Source: Pseudomonadota bacterium (lineage in GTDB: Bacteria; Bdellovibrionota_C; UBA2361; OMII01). From it: a DNA stretch of 64,000 bases. Both the position numbers and the translations under genes were made by a program. The DNA lies in assembly GCA_038134595.1 (NCBI GenBank), contig JAYPVM010000006.1:64001-128000 (forward strand), in the 5' to 3' direction. Numbering within the stretch: the stretch's first letter is position 1; each line of letters opens with the position of its first letter. Under the pieces are notes generated by a model, which was given only the letters and a program-made list of their open reading frames with translations, was not told where the DNA came from and made no database searches. Below, one piece after another: positions 39,703 to 50,157 of the stretch.

Positions 39703-41127
39703 ATGGCTATAAAACCAAAGCGTCGAGCTGAAACCCCTCTCCCTCCTTCTGAAAAACCGCAAAATGCTGGTCGAGTACCTCCTCAATCTATCGATGCAGA
39801 AGAGTCAGTGCTCGGAAGTATCCTCCTCGACAATCAGGCCATCAACATTTGCTTAGAAAGAATCCGAGCAGAAGACTTTTATAAGAGCAACCATCAGATC
39901 GTCTTTGAAGCCATGGCGAAGCTTTCGGACAAACGAGAGCCTATCGATATCATCACGCTAGGTCAGCAACTCCGTGCGATGGGGCAGCTAGAATCTGTCG
40001 GAGGTGCGCAGACTCTATCGTATCTTGCCTCATCGGTTCCTAATTCAGCGAACGTTCCATACTACGTCCGCGTAATAAAGGAAATGTCAATCCGACGGCG
40101 GCTCATAAACGAGTCTACTGATATCATCAATTCGGCTTTTGAGATGGAAGGCGAAATTGAAGACTTTCTCGATTCAACCGAGCAACGAATCCTAGGAGTT
40201 TCTGATTTCAGAGTAAATCAATCATTCCACCGAGTCGGCGATGTTGTCCAAGATTCCATTCGAATCGTTGAACAACTTTATGATCAAAAGGAGCCCGTTA
40301 CAGGAGTGCCAAGTGGCTTGGTCAAACTAGACAAATTAACAGCGGGCTTCCAGCCTTCAGATCTTGTCATTGTGGCAGCGAGACCCTCTATGGGTAAGAC
40401 AGCACTTGTATTAGGATGGAGCCAATTTGTCGGAATCTATAATCGAAAGCCTGTTGCATTCTTCTCATTGGAAATGTCCAAAGAGCAATTAGTCTTGAGA
40501 ATGCTCTGCAGTGAAAGTCGAATTAACAATTCGAGCGTTCGAACGGGTCAATTATCAGAGCGCGACTTTGCCCGTATAGTTGAAGGAGCAAGTCGGATAT
40601 CAGACGCAGACATATTTATTGACGATACTCCCGCGATCACCATAACGGAGTTGCGCGCAAAAGCACGGAGACTACACCGAGATCACTCGTTAGGCTTGAT
40701 TGTTGTTGACTATTTGCAGCTCTTAAGAAGCCCCGCCTACAGCCATTCTCGAGAACAAGAGATTTCAGATATATCTCGTTCACTGAAAGCTCTCGCTAAG
40801 GAGCTAAATGTGCCCGTTGTAGCCCTTTCTCAGCTCAATCGTTCGGTGGAATCTCGAACTGACAAACGACCTATGATGTCAGACCTCCGGGAGTCTGGAG
40901 CTATTGAGCAAGATGCGGACGTAATTATGTTTATCTATCGAGATGAGGTCTACAATAAGGAGTCACCAGACAAAGGTGTCGCTGAAATCATCATTTCCAA
41001 GCAACGGTCGGGTCCAACCGGCGCAATTCGCGTTGCATTCTCCGGTGAGTACACTCGTTTTGACAACCTAGAGGAAAGCGATTTTCCTTTATCCGCAGAT
41101 GATGAGTTCAGTGGCGACGATTTTTAG
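39703..41127 (+). CDS. dnaB: replicative DNA helicase
   Basis: PPQSIDAE, AARPSMGKT, SLEM, VDYLQL, SQLNR and LRESGAIEQDAD; no intein. Confidence 0.98.
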   Translation: MAIKPKRRAETPLPPSEKPQNAGRVPPQSIDAEESVLGSILLDNQAINICLERIRAEDFYKSNHQIVFEAMAKLSDKREPIDIITLGQQLRAMGQLESVGGAQTLSYLASSVPNSANVPYYVRVIKEMSIRRRLINESTDIINSAFEMEGEIEDFLDSTEQRILGVSDFRVNQSFHRVGDVVQDSIRIVEQLYDQKEPVTGVPSGLVKLDKLTAGFQPSDLVIVAARPSMGKTALVLGWSQFVGIYNRKPVAFFSLEMSKEQLVLRMLCSESRINNSSVRTGQLSERDFARIVEGASRISDADIFIDDTPAITITELRAKARRLHRDHSLGLIVVDYLQLLRSPAYSHSREQEISDISRSLKALAKELNVPVVALSQLNRSVESRTDKRPMMSDLRESGAIEQDADVIMFIYRDEVYNKESPDKGVAEIIISKQRSGPTGAIRVAFSGEYTRFDNLEESDFPLSADDEFSGDDF

Positions 41128-41233
41128 CTGCTAGGACGCAAAGCCTCCCCCATTAACAGCAACGTATCTTAACCGTACTGTGAAGGGGCATATATAGAGT
41201 AATGACGTAGATACACAGCCATAGATCCTGCGA

Positions 41234-42187
41234 TTAAGAGTGTGTGTTTGTGTCATACGCAACTGCAAGTAAGACATCCTGCACGTCCATCGGCCAGTGA
41301 AGAAGCTGATACGACGATTGCTCAACGATGTTCCTTGCACTATCTTCCCAACGCTTTCGTTCTTCATCTCTTTGTGTGTTTTCTCCTGAGTGTTGCAAAA
41401 CAATTAACTGCAGGGCGTCCAATTCTTTAAGGTATGTCGCTCCTTTCTTGCTTAAGCGTCTAGCAAGCTTCAGAGCCTTTTCTCCACTCTCGAAATCACC
41501 CTTTGCAATTGCTGTTAAACTCAAAACAAACTGGACCATACCACTATCTCTTACTGAGCGTTTCGCGGCAGCCTGTTGCAACAAAAAGTTATGTACTTGC
41601 TCAATCTGATTTAATGCGAGCAGCAAAATTCCATGATAAGCCACTTGCTCAACATCTTCTGACTGATGAAGCGCCTCGTATGAATAACACAACGCCTCTT
41701 GCTCCTCTCCGCTTACGAAAGCCAGATTGGCAATAGATCGCGCCAGTAGTGTTGCTTGCTCTCGATTATCAACCTCGTCAAATCGTCGATATGCTCCCTT
41801 CAACAAAGCTCGTGCCTGCACAAAATTACCCTCTTGTCTCTCGATATCTGCGAGGACAATCATGATATCCGGTCGTGGGCCTGACGACTTTCTTACACTC
41901 TCAATAACCTGCCTTGCTTCCAACAACCGACCCTGCTGGCTTAGGACCACAGCAAGGTTAAATTGCACGGCAGAGTTTGTTGAATCCAGCCAAGCAGCTT
42001 TCCGCAGTTGCCCCTCAGCATCCAAGAGTCGTCCCCGACCAGCCGAAGCAACTGAATCAACAAGAAGGCCTGAAAGAATCAATTCTTCCGTCACAATCGA
42101 CTTTGAGACACGATAGTCTCGTGAATGTGCACAGCCAAAACAAATCGCAGTCATTACTGCTATTGCAAAATATCTAAACCGCGTCAT
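41234..42187 (-). CDS. TPR-repeat lipoprotein
   Basis: Lipobox CFGC; helical TPR-like repeats (FNLAVVLSQQG--EA). Confidence 0.72.
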   Translation of the reverse strand: MTRFRYFAIAVMTAICFGCAHSRDYRVSKSIVTEELILSGLLVDSVASAGRGRLLDAEGQLRKAAWLDSTNSAVQFNLAVVLSQQGRLLEARQVIESVRKSSGPRPDIMIVLADIERQEGNFVQARALLKGAYRRFDEVDNREQATLLARSIANLAFVSGEEQEALCYSYEALHQSEDVEQVAYHGILLLALNQIEQVHNFLLQQAAAKRSVRDSGMVQFVLSLTAIAKGDFESGEKALKLARRLSKKGATYLKELDALQLIVLQHSGENTQRDEERKRWEDSARNIVEQSSYQLLHWPMDVQDVLLAVAYDTNTHS

Positions 42188-42199
42188 TTCAAATCACTT

Positions 42200-43651
42200 T
42201 TATAACCCTAAGCGCGCTGCGGTAAAGATTAGAAGCCCAAGAAGCCCCACGACATAAGTACCTACGTCTCGCAACGCAAATACAAGCGGATCATCATGCA
42301 CCAGGCCCCGGCGCGCTAACAACCAAACACGACTAATCCAATACAACATGAGAGGACATGCCAACCAAATCATCTTCGGACTTTGATACAACGCCACTAC
42401 CTCATTGCTACTGACATACAAAACTAGAACCAACGCTGCTATGTAACCACTCGCCGAACCGAATGAAGATACTTGTTCCATATCTCCTACCCAATAGCCC
42501 CTGCCCCAGGTCCTTTTTTCATTGCGCTGCTGAAGAGTCAGAAGTTCAGAAAAACGCTTAACGCAGGCAAGACTTAAGAAAAGAAACATCGACACACCGA
42601 GGAGCCATTGTGACAATGGTATTTCTGTAGCCACTCCGCCTCCGACGATTCGAATAGTATAAAGCATTGCCAATAAGATAATATCAACCAGAACTATAGC
42701 CTTTAAACGAAAAGAGTATGCAGTTGTAATCAGCAGATAGACCAACAATAATCCAACAAAGTGAGAGTGAATCTGCCAAGCAATACCGAACGCTGATACA
42801 AATAAAAGCGGAGCTAAACAAATTGCATATACTAACGGGAATCTACCAGCCGCACATGGGCGTTTCTTCTTTCTCGGATGCTGTCTATCTGACGCAAGAT
42901 CAAGCAAATCGTTTACGATGTACACTCCCGATGCGCATAACGAGAAAGCGACCGCGGCAAGCACGCTTCGTCCCACAACCATCGGTTCTAACCAACGATG
43001 TGCTAAAAACATCGGCGCAAATATCAAAAAGTTCTTCAACCATTGATGGACTCTGAGGACTCGAAGGATAACGCTCCACGATGAGCGTACCACCTCAATC
43101 ATTCGTGCACCTGGAAAAGCCTTTGAAATAGTCTCTGCATATCCTATTGACGAGACCACCGCTGTTACCTCACAAGCCTCTCGCCACACTGCTATATCTG
43201 CCTCTGAATCACCAACATACTCCCAATCGTTTTGCCCAAGATGCTCCTTTATAGCCTCTACTTTCTTACTCCCTTTGCAGTTACGCGACACTGAAGAGCC
43301 AATCGAATGGGTCACAAAATTAAAACGGTCGGCAACAAGAGCAACTAATCGCTCATCAGATGCAGATGCAAGAATAATCCTCCGGCCCGATGCTGCTTGC
43401 GTTTCCAAGTATGAGACGACTCCCTCATGAACTGGCATCAAATCAACTCGCAATCCCTCCGCCCTGCCAGCCAATTCAGATTTTAGTGTAGCGCGTCCTC
43501 GAAATAGCCACCAAGGCAGTAGGAACAAAATCAGTGGATTTCTCTTTAAAGCCAGTAAAAGGCTCTCATACAAGAGATCTGTTGCCAAAATTGTTCCATC
43601 AACATCAGCGACAACAACCGCAGGTCTACCACTCATCTTTTCCTGAACCAT
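42200..43651 (-). CDS. HAD-UbiA fusion; polyprenyl-phosphate phosphoribosyltransferase (Rv3806c-like)
   Basis: N-terminal HAD domain (DVDGT, YVGDS-AD) plus RVHQWLKN, YIVNDLLD--SDRQHP-K--RP, KRFSEL and HDDP. Start is about 43651 or 43636. Confidence 0.88.
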   Translation of the reverse strand: MVQEKMSGRPAVVVADVDGTILATDLLYESLLLALKRNPLILFLLPWWLFRGRATLKSELAGRAEGLRVDLMPVHEGVVSYLETQAASGRRIILASASDERLVALVADRFNFVTHSIGSSVSRNCKGSKKVEAIKEHLGQNDWEYVGDSEADIAVWREACEVTAVVSSIGYAETISKAFPGARMIEVVRSSWSVILRVLRVHQWLKNFLIFAPMFLAHRWLEPMVVGRSVLAAVAFSLCASGVYIVNDLLDLASDRQHPRKKKRPCAAGRFPLVYAICLAPLLFVSAFGIAWQIHSHFVGLLLVYLLITTAYSFRLKAIVLVDIILLAMLYTIRIVGGGVATEIPLSQWLLGVSMFLFLSLACVKRFSELLTLQQRNEKRTWGRGYWVGDMEQVSSFGSASGYIAALVLVLYVSSNEVVALYQSPKMIWLACPLMLYWISRVWLLARRGLVHDDPLVFALRDVGTYVVGLLGLLIFTAARLGL

Positions 43652-44396
43652 AGTCCTCTCTGAAAACGCCATTTCACGACTTTTTTCTGGTCGTGTGTAT
43701 CGCACACAAATCAACGTCATCAAACGCAAGGCTTGAGTCGCGCAGTAGCCCTTCAAATCCAATACGCCTAAACACACACCGCAATCATATCTGTGGGGCA
43801 CACCTACAATACTATCGAAGTAAGAGGATGAACACACCTCTTAATACGAAGAGCGGTAGAAACATCGGTCTGGCTAGCTCACAATCCACCGTAAATATTT
43901 AGAAACCCACTTAAGCAGCACCAAAAACCAATGAGATACTATCATGTTACAGACCATTTTCACTAGCAGTCACACTAGAGAACGACTCAAAACATCGTCG
44001 CAAGCTAAAACAGTACACCAAAAGCATCTGCACAGTCTTCCCCAAGTCACGCCAAAATGAGTCGCAAGATCGAAGAAATACAACAGCGGTTACGCTAATT
44101 TTAACATCGCTCTGGGTCATATTTTGGCTAGTAGTAAGTGCTCCGATACGTTAAAATCAGGCGACAGGTTTCAACACTGTCGACAAGGCATGCCTTTGGA
44201 TAGTAGAGCTAAAACTCATTTGAGATAATCAAGAGAGAGTTCTTACTCACTGTCAACGCTGGCTCAATTTTAGGCCGTAAGTTTTTGCCTCGGATCGCGC
44301 CATTAGATGGCAGAGTCCTCAAAAACAGGCTCGGTCCTTGAGGACAGGATCGTGATATGGCAGGTACAGGCGAGACTACCCGCATATTGAATTATC

Positions 44397-45746
44397 ATGG
44401 ACGAACTGATTACAAGGATGGTACACAAGCATAACGGCACTCAATTTTCATCGTGGGGCAAGTATCCAATACCAGTTGACCAATCGGCGGCTTTCCTTTG
44501 CTCGTCGTCATCGGAGCTTCCTCAAACAGATACTGGTCAATTGCTCCTTCCTTATGGACTCGGCAGAAGCTACGGAGATAGCTGCATTAACAGTGGGCAT
44601 ACCGTTCTCCCCTGTTCGCGGCTAAACAACTTCCTTGCTTTCGATCCACACTCAGGAGTATTACGAGCTGAAGCTGGTGTCAGCTTAGCAGATATCTTGG
44701 AGGTCTTTGTGCCACGGGGATGGTTTCTACCCGTCTCTCCCGGAACTAAATTTGTCACACTCGGAGGAGCTGTGGCCAACGACATCCACGGCAAAAACCA
44801 TCATGTTGCAGGAACCTTCGGCTGTCATGTGAGGCGATTTGAACTAATTAGATCCTCGGGAGAGCGATTTATATGCTCTCCGGAAGAGAACCCCGAACTC
44901 TTTCGAGCAACAATTGGTGGCATGGGGCTAACTGGATTGATAACGTGGGTAGAGCTCACCCTCATCCCGATACATAGCCCCTACCTTGATACAGCTACCA
45001 TCAAGTTTCGCAATCTCGATGAATTCTTTGACATCTCGGCCGAATCTGATTCCACGTATGAGTACAGCGTCTCGTGGGTCGATTGCACCTCTGAGGGCGC
45101 CAACCTCGGTCGCGGACTATTCATGGCTGGCAATTTTTCGGAGAAAACCAAGAGAAGACAGCCCCCCAAGCTCTCAATCCCCTTTCCCTGCGAAGCTCCC
45201 TCTTGGCTACTCAACTCTCTCTTCATGCGGTCTTTTAACACGCTCTACTACAACAAACAAAGAACACGCAAAGTCGAAGCTTTGACCCACTATGAGCCAT
45301 TTTTCTATCCCCTTGATGCAATACTGAACTGGAACCGTATGTATGGCAGGCGTGGTTTTTTTCAGTACCAATTCGTCATTCCATTCACAAATGACCGCCG
45401 TGTTATCAAAGACATCTTCACCCGCATTACAAAATCAAAGAGAGCATCTTTTTTAGCAGTGCTTAAAACATTTGGCGACATTCCATCCCCTGGCTTGCTT
45501 TCCTTTCCCAGAAAGGGCGTCACATTAGCTCTAGATTTTCCAAATCAAGGGAAGCCAACTCTTGAGCTCCTAACAGACCTTGATACTATCGTTAAGTCTG
45601 TGGGTGGATCTATTTATCCAGCTAAAGATGCCCGAATGAGCCCCGAAATGTTCAAGCTTTCGCATCCATACCTTGACGAATTCCTAAAATGGAAAGATCC
45701 TCAATTTTCATCCACTCTATGGAGACGTGTAATGGAGTCCGCATGA
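44397..45746 (+). CDS. dprE1: DprE1-like FAD-dependent polyprenylphosphoryl-ribose oxidase
   Basis: GLGRSYGD, PVSPGTKFVTLGGAVANDIHGKNHH, FFYPLD, QYQF, TLALDF and YPAKD. Confidence 0.88.
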   Translation: MDELITRMVHKHNGTQFSSWGKYPIPVDQSAAFLCSSSSELPQTDTGQLLLPYGLGRSYGDSCINSGHTVLPCSRLNNFLAFDPHSGVLRAEAGVSLADILEVFVPRGWFLPVSPGTKFVTLGGAVANDIHGKNHHVAGTFGCHVRRFELIRSSGERFICSPEENPELFRATIGGMGLTGLITWVELTLIPIHSPYLDTATIKFRNLDEFFDISAESDSTYEYSVSWVDCTSEGANLGRGLFMAGNFSEKTKRRQPPKLSIPFPCEAPSWLLNSLFMRSFNTLYYNKQRTRKVEALTHYEPFFYPLDAILNWNRMYGRRGFFQYQFVIPFTNDRRVIKDIFTRITKSKRASFLAVLKTFGDIPSPGLLSFPRKGVTLALDFPNQGKPTLELLTDLDTIVKSVGGSIYPAKDARMSPEMFKLSHPYLDEFLKWKDPQFSSTLWRRVMESA

Positions 45747-46480
45747 AGAGAATACTCGTAATAGGTGCCACATCAGGTATCGCCACGGCTGTCGCGCGAC
45801 AGTATGCTCAAGACGGCGTCGCTTTATGCCTGTTAGGAAGAAATCACGAGAAACTCACAGCTCTAGCAACTGACCTCTCAGTGAGAGGCGCCTCGGAGGT
45901 GAGCACTTTTTGTTTTAATGCTTCGGACATCGAGCAACACGCCCAAACATTAGAGAACGCCCAAATGCAATTTGGGCACTTTGACTACGCCCTAATAGCG
46001 CACGGGAACCTACCCGATCAAAAAGAATGTGAGCGCTCCTTTGAGCAAACTCATACAGAGCTTACAACAAATTTACTGAGCCCTATTGCATTGCTAACAT
46101 GGCTGGGCAATTACTTTGAGGAACGCAAGGGTGGAACTATAGCGGTCATCACATCGGTTGCTGGAGATCGCGGTCGTCAAAGCAACTATATCTATGGAAC
46201 CGCCAAGGGTGCTCTTTCTCGATACCTACAGGGCCTAAGAAACAGATTAGCCCCCAGTGGGGTAGCAGTTGTTGATATCAAGCCCGGGTTTGTTGACACA
46301 CCAATGACTCAGCATTTGAAAAAGGGGGCGCTTTTCGCCTCTCCAGAAAAAATAGCTGTGGGCATTAAGAAAGCCATAGAGCGCGGGACATCAGAGATTT
46401 ACCTTCCTCGCTTCTGGTGGGTGATAATGTCCATAATTAAGACAATCCCAGAATGCATCTTCAAAAGACTAAAACTCTAA
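45743..46480 (+). CDS. dprE2: DprE2-like short-chain reductase
   Basis: GATSGIA, SVAGDRGRQSNY-YG-AK and KPGFVDTPMT; ATGA overlap with dprE1. Confidence 0.82.
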   Translation: MKRILVIGATSGIATAVARQYAQDGVALCLLGRNHEKLTALATDLSVRGASEVSTFCFNASDIEQHAQTLENAQMQFGHFDYALIAHGNLPDQKECERSFEQTHTELTTNLLSPIALLTWLGNYFEERKGGTIAVITSVAGDRGRQSNYIYGTAKGALSRYLQGLRNRLAPSGVAVVDIKPGFVDTPMTQHLKKGALFASPEKIAVGIKKAIERGTSEIYLPRFWWVIMSIIKTIPECIFKRLKL

Positions 46481-46689
46481 GAGCCTGCTACTCAATCAGC
46501 ATAACGCTAGGGCAACATGAGATCCGGGAGAGTTTTAAAGCAACTCGCAGCAGGTGTTTTTTGCACGAGGAAAACCAAGGCGCAACCGGCGCACCTAACT
46601 TCAACACCCACTTCTCCACTATGCGAAAAATTTGCCAGAATTGGCCTTACGGCTCGTGGAAAAACATCCCAAGCCGTAAGAACAAGAGA

Positions 46690-47118
46690 TCACATCTCCA
46701 AGAGGAATTGAATTTGCTTTACGAGCAAGCTCTCCGCACGAAACTTTTCACAGAACATATCCGCCCCACGTTCTAGTGCCACGAACTCTAGGTCATCTCC
46801 ACAAGCAGTCAACATGATGACCGGAATTTCTCCACCGTCCCACTCGGTACCCTTACCTCTTACCGCCTTGAGAAATTCAAAGCCATCCATCTCGGGCATC
46901 TTGTAATCTGATACAATAACATCACACTGCTGTGCCTCCAATACTCCCAGTGCCTCCGTGGCAGATCCTGAGACCGTCACTTGATAACCTGCTCTCTCAA
47001 CAATCCTCTTTAAAAATTGCAACTGATCTGGATCGTCATCAACCACAAGAACATTATGGTCATGTGGAGTAGGTCGTCGCGAAATTTGATCCTCAGTTTC
47101 ATTCCATGTAGCCATCAT
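46690..47118 (-). CDS. single-domain (CheY-like) response regulator
   Basis: VVDDD, SDYKMPEMDG, LTA and GAD-F-EK. ATG at 47118 has a GGAGG RBS. Confidence 0.9.
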   Translation of the reverse strand: MMATWNETEDQISRRPTPHDHNVLVVDDDPDQLQFLKRIVERAGYQVTVSGSATEALGVLEAQQCDVIVSDYKMPEMDGFEFLKAVRGKGTEWDGGEIPVIMLTACGDDLEFVALERGADMFCEKFRAESLLVKQIQFLLEM

Positions 47119-47661
47119 GAGAGCCTCCGTATCACTATAGTCATCTGGTATTTTGCAGCCTCGCTTCTCTCTAGAATCACGATTCCGACGCATCTTGTCA
47201 CCTCACTGTTTATCATCGTTGGTTGAGTTCCAATCCTCGGAATATTTACGTGTCCCTGTAACTATGACTTCGGAGCGAAGGTAAAAGAGCTTGCTATTTC
47301 GGTGCTAAATTCTCCTCGCCTAAAGAATATGAGCTGTGAGCAAATTACCTAAGGGCCCTACCAAAGACACAATAAAATACTTGTAAACAGCGGCCATTAA
47401 GCCCACTCGCCACGCTCTCTTACTGCCCCTCATGCTATGAACCTCGAAACACATCTCTATTGCAAACATCAATCCTGGCAGCTCTTACCCTGACAAACTC
47501 TAAAGACAAACTCCCCACTTGACACCATTAATGTGATTTGAAAGCCGATCAATTTTACCGAAGCCACCTCGTGCGTTGCATAAAAACCACCTGACGCGCA
47601 AAAGGTTACATAGTTAATTTGCGTAGACGTGATCGCTAAACTTGGCCATACGCCTCTCACC

Positions 47662-48612
47662 TCACCGGATAAGAACATCTAGTAGCGTGCAAAGAAAAAA
47701 AATGACGCTGGCCAATCCATTTCTTAAGAAAAATATCGGTTCAATTTGAGCATTTCGATCTCGCGCCACTGAGATGTGCTGTGTCGCTATTAAACCCGCA
47801 AAGAATACTATACCGGCCCAACACACAGCTCCCACATCAAACCAAACACCAGCTACAGACATAGCGATAACGGTACCAGCATGGAACACGCCGGCGCATA
47901 GTAAGGCTCGCCTGCGCCCCAAACGTGCCGGGACACTCTGTAATCCTCTTGCTCTATCAAACTCGATATCCTGCAGAGCATATATGATATCAAACCCTGC
48001 CACCCAAGTTAACACAGCTATCATGAGAGGCACCGGTCGCCAACTAAACTCACCAGCAATCGCTATCCAAACTCCACCCGGTGCCAATGCCAACGACAAG
48101 CCTAACACAGCGTGGCAAAGAATTGAGAAACGCTTCAAATAGGAATATCCGAGTAGTATCATCAACACTGGGACAGAGAGATATCCACACAGCAAACTTA
48201 GAGCCGATGCAGATGCAATAAAAACAAGTGAAAAAAATACGACGAGCATTCCGACCTCTACAGAGCTTACCGTTCCTTGAGGTATCTCTCGCATCGCTGT
48301 GCGAGGATTTTCGGCGTCAAGCTTTTGATCTACAAGCCGATTAAACGCCATAGCGGCAAAGCGTGCAGAAACGACGCACATCACAATCAAAACAATCTGA
48401 CCAACCGATATTGAAAATTCATACCATAAGAGGGCAACTACCGATAGAGCAAACGGCATCGCAAAAATAGTGTGCGAAAACTTCACGAGCCTCCCCCACA
48501 CCACTATGCGATCTCCGGTCTTGGTAAATACTGCTCCACGCTTATCCATAGGGGTCCCCAAGACGATCATACACATAAAGACAGCTGTTTCAATAGAACC
48601 CGTCTTTGTCAT
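47662..48612 (-). CDS. UbiA-family prenyltransferase (MqnP-like)
   Basis: KFSHTIFAMPFA, AMAFNRLVD--LDA-NPRT--RE and FDIIYALQD--FD. Confidence 0.88.
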   Translation of the reverse strand: MTKTGSIETAVFMCMIVLGTPMDKRGAVFTKTGDRIVVWGRLVKFSHTIFAMPFALSVVALLWYEFSISVGQIVLIVMCVVSARFAAMAFNRLVDQKLDAENPRTAMREIPQGTVSSVEVGMLVVFFSLVFIASASALSLLCGYLSVPVLMILLGYSYLKRFSILCHAVLGLSLALAPGGVWIAIAGEFSWRPVPLMIAVLTWVAGFDIIYALQDIEFDRARGLQSVPARLGRRRALLCAGVFHAGTVIAMSVAGVWFDVGAVCWAGIVFFAGLIATQHISVARDRNAQIEPIFFLRNGLASVIFFLCTLLDVLIR

Positions 48613-48742
48613 GTGCGGGCCGATAGTGAATGCCTAAATGGATTTTGTAGCGTCTATTGCTGTTTATATGCCAAATCGGCCGAAAAAATACGTAACGATA
48701 GACTCAGATGCTGGATTTTTGTAACATATTGGTGGTGCATCC

Positions 48743-49495
48743 ATGAGACTAAAGACGACGCCACAAAATATATCTGATCACGCTACTATGACTTCCCTAA
48801 ACCACAGGCCACACAGCACTCAAGAGGTGCAAAGGATGTTCGACAGCATTGCTCCGACCTATGACATTCTAAACCTGATGTTAAGTGGCGGAAGTCACAG
48901 GAGGTGGGAATCAAAGCTCGTAGACTCACTACCAGAAGCGACCTCGGGAATATGCCTCGATATCTGTACAGGCACAGGCGCGTTAATACCCAGATTGGCA
49001 CGAAGGTTTTCATCTGTTGTCGGTCTTGATGTTTCTCCAAATATGCTCTCTATCGCAAAACGAAAGTATGGCAGTATGCATAAGGTTTCTTTCATAGAAG
49101 CCGATGCCCAAAAGCTACCGTTTTCTGATAACTGCTTTGACCGAATCACTGTTGCATACGGGGTTCGAAACTTACCGGACTATCGTACTGGCCTTAAAGA
49201 GATCAAACGAGTTCTTAAGCCAGGAGGTGTGGTGGGCATTCTCGAGTTTGGGCAACCAAGCGTTCCGGTATGGCGTCAGGCGTTCAATCTCTATTCCAGA
49301 ACACTTATGCCACTACTGGGTCGAATCGTCTCAGGAGACTCCCATGCCTATAGATATCTTCCGAAAACAGCCGCCGCATTTCCATGCGGAAAAGCATTCG
49401 AAAATGATTTAATCGCCTGTGGCCTCTCTCCGACTAAAACCCACTCATGTTTGGGAGGCATTGCATATATTTATGTGGCTAACAAAAGGACGTAG
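48743..49495 (+). CDS. ubiE: UbiE/MenG quinone methyltransferase
   Basis: MFDSIAP-YD-LN--LS-G-H--W, DICTGTG, YGVRN and AY-YLP. Confidence 0.92.
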   Translation: MRLKTTPQNISDHATMTSLNHRPHSTQEVQRMFDSIAPTYDILNLMLSGGSHRRWESKLVDSLPEATSGICLDICTGTGALIPRLARRFSSVVGLDVSPNMLSIAKRKYGSMHKVSFIEADAQKLPFSDNCFDRITVAYGVRNLPDYRTGLKEIKRVLKPGGVVGILEFGQPSVPVWRQAFNLYSRTLMPLLGRIVSGDSHAYRYLPKTAAAFPCGKAFENDLIACGLSPTKTHSCLGGIAYIYVANKRT

Positions 49496-49503
49496 AGAAA
49501 GAG

Positions 49504-50106
49504 ATGCACGCACATCAAAAACAACGGTGGATAGTTGGTATAACCGGTGCGAGTGGAATTCGCTATGCGCAAAAACTTCTAGAAGTGCTTCCGAAGCTTG
49601 TCGACGAAGTCCATGTCGTGTTCTCCGAGGCTGCCCTTAGGGTTTTAAAGGACGAGGAAGGCATAATACTTCGCAGTGGAGCGGTATGCGCAAAGGAAGT
49701 TTGTGGACAAGATTACAGCAACATTTTCTTTTATAATCCCCGGGATATCGGAGCTAGAATCGCTTCCGGTACGATGATAGCACAAGGGATGGTTATCATT
49801 CCTTGTTCGATGGGAACACTCGGCGCCATTGCTCACGGAATATCAAATCATTTAGTTCATCGAGCCGCTGACGTCACTCTAAAGGAAGGACGAAAACTTA
49901 TCGTGGTTCCGCGTGAAGCCCCCCTTTCCACAATACATCTGAAGAATATGCTTATCCTCTCGGAGCTAGGCGCACGTATTATTCCGGCCATGCCAGGTTT
50001 TTACAACTCCCCGAAGTCAATCGATGATTTAGTCTCGCATTTTATCATGAAGGTCCTTGACTCAATGGGAATTCACACCGACCTAGCAAAGCGCTGGTTA
50101 GAGTAG
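49504..50106 (+). CDS. ubiX: flavin prenyltransferase UbiX
   Basis: GITGASG, ASG, PCSMGTL, RAADV-LKE-R-L--VPRE-P and PAMPGFY. Confidence 0.95.
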   Translation: MHAHQKQRWIVGITGASGIRYAQKLLEVLPKLVDEVHVVFSEAALRVLKDEEGIILRSGAVCAKEVCGQDYSNIFFYNPRDIGARIASGTMIAQGMVIIPCSMGTLGAIAHGISNHLVHRAADVTLKEGRKLIVVPREAPLSTIHLKNMLILSELGARIIPAMPGFYNSPKSIDDLVSHFIMKVLDSMGIHTDLAKRWLE

Positions 50107-50157
50107 GTCAATTTTCATCTAGAAGCCCCAACTGCAACAGAGTACACTACAAGGGCT

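Noticed and set aside
39703..41127. Intein in DnaB
   Set aside because: The length (474 aa) and contiguous motifs leave no room for an insertion.
43915..44154. Open frame on + ending in a TM-like segment (TAVTLILTSLWVIFWLVVSAPIR)
   Set aside because: No in-frame ATG, GTG or TTG start, so it cannot be supported as a gene.
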